Source of the DNA: Dehalococcoidia bacterium
GTDB taxonomy: Bacteria; Chloroflexota; Dehalococcoidia; Lucifugimonadales; UBA3495
DNA: 64,000 nucleotides
NCBI GenBank assembly: GCA_965197655.1
Contig: OZ240220.1
Location: 71,508 to 135,507, forward strand
Direction of reading: 5' to 3'
Part shown: in pieces, positions 45,722 to 54,249 of the stretch
How the letters are laid out: each line of letters opens with the position of its first letter
Position numbering within the stretch: position 1 is the stretch's first letter
Translations under genes and position numbers: made by a program
The notes under the pieces: generated by a model
Told to the model about the DNA's origin: nothing
The model's database searches: none
The model's input: only the letters and a program-made list of their open reading frames with translations

Positions 45722-46114
45722 TCATAGTGAGCTGGTCGAACCACTGCGGTAGATTTCTACGGCGGCGTACCCGATGACCGAACCCTTGACCGGCGGGTTG
45801 GGCTTTTTGACTGTAACCTGCACCCCGGACAGGGGCAGTTCCGCCAGCAGCCGGTCGGCGATGGTTTGGGCCAGGGACTCCAGTAGGTTGCGGGAGTCGC
45901 CCTCTACAACTGACTTGGCTATCCGGTACATCAGGGTGTAACTGACCGTATCCTCCAGCCGGTCGGACGCGCCGGGCCGGGCCAGGTCCACGTCGGCGGC
46001 CAAGTCAACGACATAGGACTGCCCCAGGGCTTTTTCCTCCGGGTTGACCCCGTGATACCCGTAGAACTGCATTCCCTTCAGGATTATTTGGTCTGAGGAC
46101 AAATTCCGCTCCAT
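45722..46114 (-). CDS. folB: dihydroneopterin aldolase
   Basis: 130 aa. IILKGMQFYGYHGVNPEEKALGQSYVVDL and VQVTVKKPNPP are typical FolB motifs. Confidence 0.88.
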   Translation of the reverse strand: MERNLSSDQIILKGMQFYGYHGVNPEEKALGQSYVVDLAADVDLARPGASDRLEDTVSYTLMYRIAKSVVEGDSRNLLESLAQTIADRLLAELPLSGVQVTVKKPNPPVKGSVIGYAAVEIYRSGSTSSL

Positions 46115-46117
46115 AGG

Positions 46118-46234
46118 AACACAAGCTATCCGTCGTTCCTGCGAAGGCAGGAACCTCTGTCCGCAACGTTTTAAGTTCTTGCTTGCGCAGGAACGACGGG
46201 AAAAGGGAGTCTGTTGTCACGTGCAATTGCTTTG
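46118..46234. mobile_element. MITE type 1 copy, left end truncated/diverged
   Basis: Twin hairpin core (CGTCGTTCCTGCGAAGGCAGGAACC / AGTTCTTGCTTGCGCAGGAACGACG) and right terminus TGCAATTGCTTTG. It fills the whole citE-like/folB spacer. Confidence 0.65.
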
Positions 46235-46240
46235 TAGTTA

Positions 46241-47119
46241 TCACCCGCCGGCGCTGTTGATAGCCTCGGCCAGAGCCAGCAGGTTTTGAGCGCGCTTGAC
46301 CACCGGAACGTCCACCATCTTGCCGTCCAGGTTCAGGGAGCCGCGACCGGCGGCTTCGGCTTCGTTCCACGCTTCCATCACCCGGCGAGCGTAGGCTACA
46401 TCCTCGGGCAGGGGGCTGAACAGTTCGTTAATCGGGTCAATCTGCGCCGGGTGGATAGCAAACTTTCCGGTATAGCCCAGTTGTCGGGCCACCCCGGCAT
46501 CCTGCCGCAGTCCCTCGGGGTTGCGAAAGGCCACGTAGGGGCTGTCCAGTGCGGCGACACCGGCGGCCCGGGCAGCAATGGCAATGGTGGCGCGGGGGTG
46601 GTAAACCTCGGCCCCGTCATCGGTGCGTTGGATACCCATGTCGTTGGTGTAGTCCTCGGCGCCAAAGGCGATGGCGACGATGCGGGGCAAGGCGGCGGCC
46701 ATTTCGTTGACATTGACCACGGCCCGCGCGCTTTCAATCCAGGGAATCAGCTTGATCTGACCGGGTTGTAAGCCGGCGGATGCTTCCAGGGGGGCGATGA
46801 TCCGGTTAATCTCCCGCAGGTCCCATACCGACTCGGTCTTGCCCACGCTGACGCCGTAAAGGTCGGGGGAGATGACGGCGGTCAATTCGTCCCGGGTCAG
46901 CCCGGTATCCAGGGAGTTAGCCCGAACCATTACCCGCTTGCCGGCTTGGCGCAGGGTGGGAACCCATTGGCGGGCCAGGTGTCGGGCGGCGACCTTTTCC
47001 GCCGGCGGCACCGAGTCTTCCAGGTCCACCATAATAATGTCGGCGTTAAAGCCCAGCGCCCGTTCCAGCATATTGGCCCGGTTGCCGGGGACGAAGATAA
47101 GGGTGCGCAGCAGTTCCAA
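46241..47119 (-). CDS. HpcH/HpaI aldolase / citrate lyase beta (CitE)-like acyl-CoA lyase
   Basis: LRTLIFVPGNRANMLERA, IIMVDLEDSV and FGAEDY motifs. TTG 47119, 7 nt after AGGAGG, gives 292 aa. The track start 47227 adds a non-homologous, Cys-rich leader. Confidence 0.82.
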   Translation of the reverse strand: MELLRTLIFVPGNRANMLERALGFNADIIMVDLEDSVPPAEKVAARHLARQWVPTLRQAGKRVMVRANSLDTGLTRDELTAVISPDLYGVSVGKTESVWDLREINRIIAPLEASAGLQPGQIKLIPWIESARAVVNVNEMAAALPRIVAIAFGAEDYTNDMGIQRTDDGAEVYHPRATIAIAARAAGVAALDSPYVAFRNPEGLRQDAGVARQLGYTGKFAIHPAQIDPINELFSPLPEDVAYARRVMEAWNEAEAAGRGSLNLDGKMVDVPVVKRAQNLLALAEAINSAGG

Positions 47120-47180
47120 GGGGGTTCCTCCTCTGGCTTGGGAGTTGGGTAATGGCCGTTTGCACTCGGCATTGATGCGG

Positions 47181-47540
47181 TTACAGCAGGAATGGCGGGT
47201 GGACCACGTCATCGGGCACCGGTTCAATTTGCCGGCTTACCGGGTTGACTCTAAACCTCATATTCTCCAGCGCCTCGTAGCCGATAAGGGGGGTGGAGGC
47301 AGGCACCATAATCCCGCCAAACCACTGTCCCATCAGCTCGCCGTCAAAGTGATAGGTGTCTAACTCTACCACGCCAGTGGCGCTTATCATTCGGAGCTTT
47401 CCCAGGGCCGGGCGCAAGCCCAGCGCTTCGATTTCCTCCAGGGGCAAAGCTACATGAGTAGCCCCGGTGTCAACGAGAAAAGTATATTCGCGGGTTTCGA
47501 TTTCCCCTATGATTTTGGCTTGAACGTCGGTTCTTCCCAT
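47181..47540 (-). CDS. retropepsin-like (clan AA) aspartic protease
   Basis: 119 aa. FLVDTGATHVALP contains the D-T-G-A active-site motif, and the size fits a single retropepsin lobe. Confidence 0.75.
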   Translation of the reverse strand: MGRTDVQAKIIGEIETREYTFLVDTGATHVALPLEEIEALGLRPALGKLRMISATGVVELDTYHFDGELMGQWFGGIMVPASTPLIGYEALENMRFRVNPVSRQIEPVPDDVVHPPFLL

Positions 47541-47620
47541 GTCAGTTACACTTCCCTAACTAGAGCTTGCCCGTTGACCATAGCTTGCGTGTTGCCCGAT
47601 CTCAACTGATGACTAACCCC

Positions 47621-50401
47621 CTACTCCATATCCCCCCAGGTTTCCCCCCACTTGGCGTCCACCTTCAGGGTTACGTCCAGGTCCATTGCCGCGGGCATTT
47701 CGTCGAAGACCAGGGCTTGCAGGTCGTCCATTTCCTCTCTAGGCACCTCAAAGACCAGTTCGTCGTGGACCTGGAGCAGCATCCGCGCCCGCAGGTTTTC
47801 CCGGTTCAGCCGGTCGTGCACCCGAAGCATCGCCAGCTTCATAATGTCTGCGGCGGTGCCCTGGATGGGCATATTTATTGCCATCCGCTCGGCGGCGTTG
47901 CGGACGTTGAAGTTGGAGGCGTTGATGTCCGGCATATAGCGTCGGCGTCCGCAGAGGGTTTCCACGTACTGGGTCTGCCGGGTCTGGGCCTTGACTTCAT
48001 CCAGGTAGCCGGCGATGCCCGGATATTTGTTGAAGTAGGTTTCGATGAACCGCGCGCCGTCCTCCCGGGAGAAATCGGTCTGCTGGGAAATGCCGTGGGC
48101 CGACAGCCCGTAAATCACCCCGAAGTTCAGCACCTTGGCGATACGCCGCTGGTCTGAGGTAACCTCGTTGATTGGCACTTCGTTCATCAGGGAGGCGGTG
48201 GAGGCGTGAATGTCCTCACCCCGGCGGAAGGCTTCCAGCAATGCCGGGTCCTGGGACATATGGGCCAGCACCCGCAGCTCAATCTGGGAATAATCGGCGG
48301 AAAAGAGAACCCAGTCCGGCGCGTCCTCGGCGATAAAGGCTTTCCGTACCTGCCGGCCCAACTCGGTGCGGATGGGGATGTTTTGCAGGTTGGGGTCGCT
48401 GCTGGACATCCGCCCGGTGGCCGAGCCTACCTGGTTATAGCTGGTATGAATCCGCCCGGTACGGGGGTTAATCATCTCCGGCAGAGCGTCCACGTAGGTG
48501 GACTTGAGCTTGGTAATCTGCCGGTATTCCAGGATTTTGTCCACTACCGGGTGGAAGCCCTTCAGTCCCTCCAGAGAGTTGGCGTCGGTGGAGTAGCCGG
48601 TCTTGGTGCGCTTGGTCTTGGGCAGCCCCAACTCGTTGAACAGCAGGTCGCTAAGCTGCTGCGGCGAGTTGATGTTGACCGTGTGGCCGATGGATTCGTA
48701 AAGCTCTATCTCCGACTGCTGCATCTGCTGGTTCAAGTCGCGAGCCATCTCGTGCAGCAGGCCAACGTCCAGCTTGATGCCTTTCCGCTGCATATCCACC
48801 AGCACCGGGGTCAGGGGCATTTCCATTTCGGTCATCAGGTCGTTCAAGCCCTGCCGCTCGATAGGACCCCGCAGTTGTACCTGGAGGCGGCTGGTCATAT
48901 CGGCGTCGGCAGCCGCGTAGGGCGTGGCGTCCTCAATAGCTACCTGGTCGAAACTTTTCTGCTTGGCCCCCCGGCCGATGAGGTCGGTTATGGGAGTCAT
49001 CTCCACGCCCAGCACGTCCAGGGACAGATTCTTCAGCCCCAGGTTGTTCTTGCTCAGCAGGTGCGCGGCAACCATAGTGTCGAAGTTTACGTTCTGGGGG
49101 TTGATGCCGTAGTTGGACAGCATCATCAGGTCAAAGTTGGCGTTGTGGGCGCACTTGGCAAGCTCCGGGTCTTCCATCAGGGCTTTGATCTTAGCCAGCG
49201 CCGGCTCCAGGGGGAGTTGGTCGCCTTCACGGTGTCCGACGGGAACGTACCAAGCCTTGCCTGGCTCGGTGGCAAAGCTCAGGCCCACCAGGTCGGCCCG
49301 CATGGGGTCAATGTGGGTGGTCTCGGTGTCGAAGGAGAAGCTGCCCGCCTCCCGCAGGTCGGCCAGCATACTTTCCAATTGTTCCTCGGTTTGCACCGTC
49401 ACATAGTCGGTAGAGGGGGCATTGCCGGCGGCCGGCAGACCCGGAGGGCTGGTTCCGCCGTCGGTCTCCCAAGTTGGCGCGGGTAGCCGGGGAATGACGG
49501 TGTAGAACTCCAAACTGGTAAGTAGATTCACTACTTCCTGCCGGTCGAACCGCCCGTAGCGCGCGGCGTCCAACTCCAGTTCTACCGGGGCTTCCCGGGA
49601 TATGGTGGTCAGGAGGCGGTTCTCAAAGGCCAGTTCCTTGTTCTCGGCCAGGGACTGGCGCACGCTGGGGGGCTTTACTTCGTCCAAGTGTTCGTAGATA
49701 CCCTCCAGGTCGTGGTAGTCGTTGAGCAGACCCATAGCCCGCTTTTCCCCGATACGCGGGACGCCGGGGATATTGTCCGAGGAGTCGCCCAGCAGGGACT
49801 TGAAATCGGGTTGCTGGGCTGCGGTCAGGCCGGAATACCGCTCGGCCAGTTCCTTTTCGTCATATACTTTCCGGTCCTGGATGCTGTAGGACAGGTCAAC
49901 TCGCACCCGGGGGGAAATCAGTTGAAAAGTGTCCCGGTCGCCGGTCAGGATTACGGCGTCAATGCCCTGTTCCTCCGCCTGCCGGCACAGAGTTCCAATC
50001 ACGTCGTCCGCCTCAAACCCGTCAATCTCGTAGATGGGGACGCCGAAAGCCTGCATCAACTCCTTGACCCGTTGGAACTGGTGGCGCAGTTCCGGCGGAC
50101 TCGGTTCCCGCTGGGCCTTGTAAGCCTCAAAGCGTTCGTGCCGGAAGGTGGGCGTCGGCGTATCGAAGGCGATGGCGTAGTGGGTGGGCCGCCAGTCTTG
50201 CAGCGCCCGCAGAAAGACGTTGGCAAAGCCGTAAACGCCGGTAACGTCCTCTCCGGTGCTGGAAACGGTAAGGTGCCGCTGGGTGGAAATAGCCCGGAAG
50301 GAACGGTGCACCATTGCGTGGCCGTCCATTATCATCAGCAGGGGCTGGTCCCCGGCGGTATTGAACAGAGGCATTGCGGCGGTTCCCTGAGCCTTGGCCA
50401 T
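47621..50401 (-). CDS. polA: DNA polymerase I
   Basis: 926 aa. 5'-nuclease domain, central exonuclease-like domain, and pol motifs A (DYSQIELRVLAH), B (RRIAKVLNFGVIYG) and C (QVHDELVFE). Confidence 0.96.
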   Translation of the reverse strand: MAKAQGTAAMPLFNTAGDQPLLMIMDGHAMVHRSFRAISTQRHLTVSSTGEDVTGVYGFANVFLRALQDWRPTHYAIAFDTPTPTFRHERFEAYKAQREPSPPELRHQFQRVKELMQAFGVPIYEIDGFEADDVIGTLCRQAEEQGIDAVILTGDRDTFQLISPRVRVDLSYSIQDRKVYDEKELAERYSGLTAAQQPDFKSLLGDSSDNIPGVPRIGEKRAMGLLNDYHDLEGIYEHLDEVKPPSVRQSLAENKELAFENRLLTTISREAPVELELDAARYGRFDRQEVVNLLTSLEFYTVIPRLPAPTWETDGGTSPPGLPAAGNAPSTDYVTVQTEEQLESMLADLREAGSFSFDTETTHIDPMRADLVGLSFATEPGKAWYVPVGHREGDQLPLEPALAKIKALMEDPELAKCAHNANFDLMMLSNYGINPQNVNFDTMVAAHLLSKNNLGLKNLSLDVLGVEMTPITDLIGRGAKQKSFDQVAIEDATPYAAADADMTSRLQVQLRGPIERQGLNDLMTEMEMPLTPVLVDMQRKGIKLDVGLLHEMARDLNQQMQQSEIELYESIGHTVNINSPQQLSDLLFNELGLPKTKRTKTGYSTDANSLEGLKGFHPVVDKILEYRQITKLKSTYVDALPEMINPRTGRIHTSYNQVGSATGRMSSSDPNLQNIPIRTELGRQVRKAFIAEDAPDWVLFSADYSQIELRVLAHMSQDPALLEAFRRGEDIHASTASLMNEVPINEVTSDQRRIAKVLNFGVIYGLSAHGISQQTDFSREDGARFIETYFNKYPGIAGYLDEVKAQTRQTQYVETLCGRRRYMPDINASNFNVRNAAERMAINMPIQGTAADIMKLAMLRVHDRLNRENLRARMLLQVHDELVFEVPREEMDDLQALVFDEMPAAMDLDVTLKVDAKWGETWGDME

Positions 50402-50570
50402 AGCGGCACCTCAAAAGTCTGCGTTTGGTTACCGAAATCTGGGCGGTGGCGGACAGATTAGCTGACTGTATTATACAACAGGCGGTTTTGGGTACAACGC
50501 GGAATGGCCCCCAACTTCAGAGGACTTGGTAGGGCGGTTGAGGATACGAGCGGCCGTCTCCCGGATTACA

Positions 50571-50650
50571 CCCCTCATCCCGGCTCTCTGCCCAAAGGAG
50601 AGGGAGCAGTTTCACCCCTCGCCCACCGGGCGAGGTATCGGGGGTGAGGG
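50571..50650. repeat. GGGTGAGGG/GGAGAGGGG palindromic element, copy 3 (diverged)
   Basis: CCCCTCATCCCGGCTCTCTGCCCAAAGGAGAGGGAGCAGTTTCACCCCTCGCCCACCGGGCGAGGTATCGGGGGTGAGGGG. Confidence 0.75.
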
Positions 50651-50773
50651 GATTGCGCCAGAACAGGTCGGAACCCGGTACAGCAGCGCCCGCTTCCGTG
50701 CTACAATAGGCGGCACAATTATCGTGCCACCGGCGCAAGCCGGGTTGCAGATTTACCAGGGGGCAGCCGGTTT

Positions 50774-51148
50774 ATGCCCATTTACGAATATCGCTGCGAG
50801 GATTGCCAGCACCTCAACTCGGTGCTGGTCTATAGTTGGTCAAAGGATACGGACCGAGCTTGCGCCCGCTGTAACGGTTCTAACCTCAACCGCCTGGTCT
50901 CCCGCTTCTCCGTGCGCCGTTCCTGGGGGGCCAGCCTGAACTGGGCGCCCAGCGGCGAAACCCTGACCGACGTTAACGAGGATGACCCGGCCAGCCTGGA
51001 CCGGTTTATGGGCCGGGTCAAGCAGGAAATGGGCGGTCAGGTGACCTCGGACTTTGAGGAGATGCGGCGGGAATTGCATACCGGGCCGCGTTCTTTTGAC
51101 GTTCCCGATTCATCCGGCGGTGACAACAGCTCCGGCGAATCCGGTTAG
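50774..51148 (+). CDS. FmdB-family zinc-ribbon protein
   Basis: MPIYEYRCEDC...CARC (the CxxC_CxxC_SSSS type N-terminus), then an acidic/Gly-Ser tail. Confidence 0.8.
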   Translation: MPIYEYRCEDCQHLNSVLVYSWSKDTDRACARCNGSNLNRLVSRFSVRRSWGASLNWAPSGETLTDVNEDDPASLDRFMGRVKQEMGGQVTSDFEEMRRELHTGPRSFDVPDSSGGDNSSGESG

Positions 51149-51264
51149 CTCCCTGAAACTCCCGCGGCCAGAAGAACCGGCCGGGGCCGGGATTTTCAGA
51201 GGTTTCCTGGCATTCCTCCATACCCTTATACATTATTACAACACGGGGCTGAAAGGGGGTTGCT

Positions 51265-51540
51265 ATGTCATTAAAGGACTACCGGCCTGGGGAGATAACC
51301 GCCCGGGGAGAAGCAATCTACCGGGAAAAGATAAAGAAGCTGGTGGAGCAGACGGAAAAGGGCAAATTCGTAGTCATAGACGTTGAAAGCGGCGACTACG
51401 AGATAGACCCGGAGGACCCTATTGCTACCCGGCGGTTGCTGGATCGAAGGCCGGCGGCGGCTATTTATGGGCTGAGAGTCGGTTATAGCGCAGCCTACAG
51501 CCACGTTGGCGGGTTTGCCTTTCCGGGACGCAGTGATTAG
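51265..51540 (+). CDS. small hypothetical protein, partner of the retropepsin-like protease
   Basis: 91 aa. GKFVVIDVESGDYEIDPEDPIATRRLLDRRPAAAIYGLRVGY. Its stop overlaps the next start by 8 nt (GTGATTAG). Confidence 0.65.
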   Translation: MSLKDYRPGEITARGEAIYREKIKKLVEQTEKGKFVVIDVESGDYEIDPEDPIATRRLLDRRPAAAIYGLRVGYSAAYSHVGGFAFPGRSD

Positions 51541-51907
51541 AGGACGGGTAGGTCGGTTACAACGGCCATTGATCGAAATCGACGTAATGGGGGAAGACAA
51601 CCGGCGGCAATCTATCGAGGCTGTTCTGGACACAGGGTTTTCGGGTTATCTGACCCTACCTTGGGACTCTATCCGTGGGTTGGGGTTACAGTCCGCAGGC
51701 CAACGAGCCTTTGAACTAGCGAACGGTGAACAGTTTGAGTTCAACACCTATCTGGCAATGGTCTCATGGCATGAGCGCTTACGCTTGGTGACAGTCCTGG
51801 AATCGGATAGTGTCCCCCTTCTTGGCGCCTTCTTGCTTTGGGGCAACCGAGTCACCCTGGATATGCTGGATGATGGCGACGTAGCCATAGATGAGCTTTT
51901 TCCCTGA
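51533..51907 (+). CDS. retropepsin-like (clan AA) aspartic protease
   Basis: VLDTGFSGYLTLP (the D-T-G motif). GTG 51533 gives VIRGRVGRLQRPLIEIDV..., whereas track ATG 51506 lies inside the upstream gene. Confidence 0.72.
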   Translation: MIRGRVGRLQRPLIEIDVMGEDNRRQSIEAVLDTGFSGYLTLPWDSIRGLGLQSAGQRAFELANGEQFEFNTYLAMVSWHERLRLVTVLESDSVPLLGAFLLWGNRVTLDMLDDGDVAIDELFP

Positions 51908-52061
51908 CCAACAGCAAGGCAGGCAATAGGTTGGTTGGCAACATTTTTGAGAATGTGCAACAGGATTAGCATAGCGAGCGGCGCCAAGTTGCGCTTGGTG
52001 AAATCGTTGATTTCCATGATGCTATTTGAGAGTGTGATTACGGGTTTGGAGAGTACGGCCC

Positions 52062-52403
52062 ATGCCCATTTATGAATACCGCTGCGGGAGCTGCGACCGG
52101 GTGTCCTCATTTTTCACCCGGTCAATCAACTCCGCGCTGACTCCGGTCTGTTCCCACTGCCAAAGCAGCGATATGCAGCGGCGAATGTCGTCCTTTGCGC
52201 TGGGTAAGACCACCCAATCGGTCCACGAACAGTATCCCGCCGCCGGGGGAAGCCCGGCGCTGGACTACTACAGCGACCCCCGTAACATTGGTAGAAATGT
52301 CGAAGAGAGCTTTCAACGGCACGGGGTGGAGCTGCCGCAATCGGTGCGGAACAACATCGCCGCCGCCCGGGAAGGCTCCCTACCCAAGGAGCTTGATCTA
52401 TGA
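52062..52403 (+). CDS. FmdB-family zinc-ribbon protein (second paralogue)
   Basis: MPIYEYRCGSC...CSHC. The first 27 nt are nearly identical to those at 50774. Confidence 0.8.
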   Translation: MPIYEYRCGSCDRVSSFFTRSINSALTPVCSHCQSSDMQRRMSSFALGKTTQSVHEQYPAAGGSPALDYYSDPRNIGRNVEESFQRHGVELPQSVRNNIAAAREGSLPKELDL

Positions 52404-53407
52404 TCGAATACCAAGGGACTGAATACCAAGGGATGGAACCCCAAGACTGGCTCGATTTCCTTTATGCCCCCCTGGTTGGCTGTGTGGAGGCCCTGAATGC
52501 CGGTTGCCCGGAACTGCCCGACGCCGGCCCGGCGCTGGGCCGGCTGAGCGAACTGGCTGCATCTCTGTCTCCCGGCACGCCGGTCGCTCCGGAAATGGCT
52601 TCGGCTCTCCTTACGATTCCGCAGGCGCTGGACCTGGCAGCAACGGCGCTTAACTCGGTTAACACCCTGGTTAGCCTGGATGACCTGAATACAGCGAGCG
52701 CCGCCGCCCTGACCGGAGTTTTATCCGACTTGTCAGCTCAGCTAGGCGCAGAGATGCGGTGGGAGCAATCCGACCAAGTTCGGGGGCTGTACGTGATTAT
52801 CGACCCGGAGGTAACCGGGGGGCGGGAGCCGCTGGAAATTGCCCAGGCTGCGGTCCGGGGCGGCGCTAAAATGCTTCAACTGCGGGATAAGCTGCGGGAC
52901 AAGGGGGAGATTCTGCCCCTGGCCCGGGACTTGCAGCAGCTTTGCGCCGCCAACAACGTCCTGCTAATCATTAACGACCACGTGGACTTGGCTGCTGCGG
53001 TGGGTTCCGGCGGCGTCCATGTCGGGCAGACCGACTTGCCGGTGGCCCAGGCCAGGCAGGTGCTGGCCCCCGGCCAGGTGTTGGGTCGCTCCAACCGGGA
53101 AATAGAATTGCTGATTGAGTCCCAGGAAATGGGTGCCGACCACGTGGCCTTTGGCGCCATTTACCAGTCCACCACCAAGTCCGGCGGGCGCGGCCCCCAA
53201 GGCCCGGAACGGTTGCGGGATGCTCGCGCCGTGACTAAAGTGCCCCTGGTAGCCATCGGCGGGATTAACGCTGAAAACGTGGCGCCGGTCATTGAGGCTG
53301 GGGCCGATGCCGTTTGCGTAACTGCCGCAGTGGGGTTGGCCCCCGAACCGGAGGCCGCGGCTAGTCGCCTGGTTGAGGCCATCAGGCAAGCCGGAGGCAA
53401 GATTTAA
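52400..53407 (+). CDS. thiE: thiamine-phosphate synthase with an unassigned N-terminal extension of about 120 aa
   Basis: The C-terminal 210 aa (GLYVIIDPE..., MLQLRDK, INDHVDLA, VHVGQTDLP, AIGGIN) is ThiE. The ATG overlaps the fmdB stop (ATGA). Internal start MRWEQSD is the alternative. Confidence 0.8.
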   Translation: MIEYQGTEYQGMEPQDWLDFLYAPLVGCVEALNAGCPELPDAGPALGRLSELAASLSPGTPVAPEMASALLTIPQALDLAATALNSVNTLVSLDDLNTASAAALTGVLSDLSAQLGAEMRWEQSDQVRGLYVIIDPEVTGGREPLEIAQAAVRGGAKMLQLRDKLRDKGEILPLARDLQQLCAANNVLLIINDHVDLAAAVGSGGVHVGQTDLPVAQARQVLAPGQVLGRSNREIELLIESQEMGADHVAFGAIYQSTTKSGGRGPQGPERLRDARAVTKVPLVAIGGINAENVAPVIEAGADAVCVTAAVGLAPEPEAAASRLVEAIRQAGGKI

Positions 53408-54054
53408 TGCCATCCCGTTACAGTCAGGATTTAACGAACATCGCCGCCGAGGCTACCGAGCAGCTTACCCTGCGCCACCGGGCGCGGGAGCAAGCCCTGG
53501 CTATTTCCCGGGAAGTTATCCGCTTTTCCGCCAACGCCATCCGCGCCGTGCATCGCGGGGAGTTTGAGGAAGCCCGGCGCTTAATCCAACAGGCCGGGCA
53601 GCGTCTTGAGGAGACCGGGCCAATACGCCAGGAAAACCCGGAGTTCTACTTCGCCGGTTTCCTGTCCGATGCCCGCAAGGAATATACCGAAGCCAATATC
53701 ACCCTGGCGGTCATTTCCCGGGGCGATATTCCGTCTCCCGGCGACTTGGGAGTTGACCCGCCAGCCTACCTGAACGGCATGGCCGAGGTAATCGGGGAAC
53801 TGCGCCGTTACATCCTGGACGCCCTGCGTCGGGACTCTGTTGAGCATTGCGAAGAGTTTATGGATGTTATGGACGAAATCTATGGCATCCTGGTTACCAT
53901 AGATTTCCCGGAAGCGGTGACCGGCGGTTTGCGCCGCAGCACCGACGCCATGCGCGGGGTTCTGGAACGCACCCGGGGCGACCTGACCATCTCCCTGCAA
54001 CAGCGGCGGCTGGAAATCCGCCTGGCCGAAATGGAAGGCGGGCAGCCGGGGTAG
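53407..54054 (+). CDS. translin-family (COG2178-like) protein
   Basis: 215 aa and all-helical. PAYLNGMAEVIGELRRYILDALR resembles the YL.G..D..GEL.R translin-family motif (from memory). The start overlaps the thiE stop (TAATG). Confidence 0.55.
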   Translation: MPSRYSQDLTNIAAEATEQLTLRHRAREQALAISREVIRFSANAIRAVHRGEFEEARRLIQQAGQRLEETGPIRQENPEFYFAGFLSDARKEYTEANITLAVISRGDIPSPGDLGVDPPAYLNGMAEVIGELRRYILDALRRDSVEHCEEFMDVMDEIYGILVTIDFPEAVTGGLRRSTDAMRGVLERTRGDLTISLQQRRLEIRLAEMEGGQPG

Positions 54055-54097
54055 GCCGAAAGAGTTTCTGAAATACGCCAAGTCGAATCTGATTGGC

Positions 54098-54230
54098 TAG
54101 GGATATAGCAAAAATCTGAATACACTTTTGCCGTCGTTCCTGCGAAGGCAGGAACCTCTGTTCTTGAGGATTCAGGTTCCTGCCTTCGCAGGAACGACGA
54201 ACAGCTTATAGTCCAAAAGCGATTATTCTG
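54098..54230. mobile_element. MITE type 1 copy (degenerate termini)
   Basis: TAGGGATATAGCA ... GCGATTATTCTG termini and a perfect twin hairpin core. No flanking duplication is recognisable. Confidence 0.65.
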
Positions 54231-54249
54231 CCGCAGGAGAAGCCTAACC

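Noticed and set aside
24926-47119. Interpreting mutase + epimerase + CitE-like lyase as part of the 3-hydroxypropionate bi-cycle.
   Set aside because: The genes are scattered and separated by unrelated genes. The hallmark enzymes (malonyl-CoA reductase, propionyl-CoA synthase, mesaconyl-CoA transferase/hydratase) are absent from the window. The same genes serve ordinary propionate and branched-chain catabolism.
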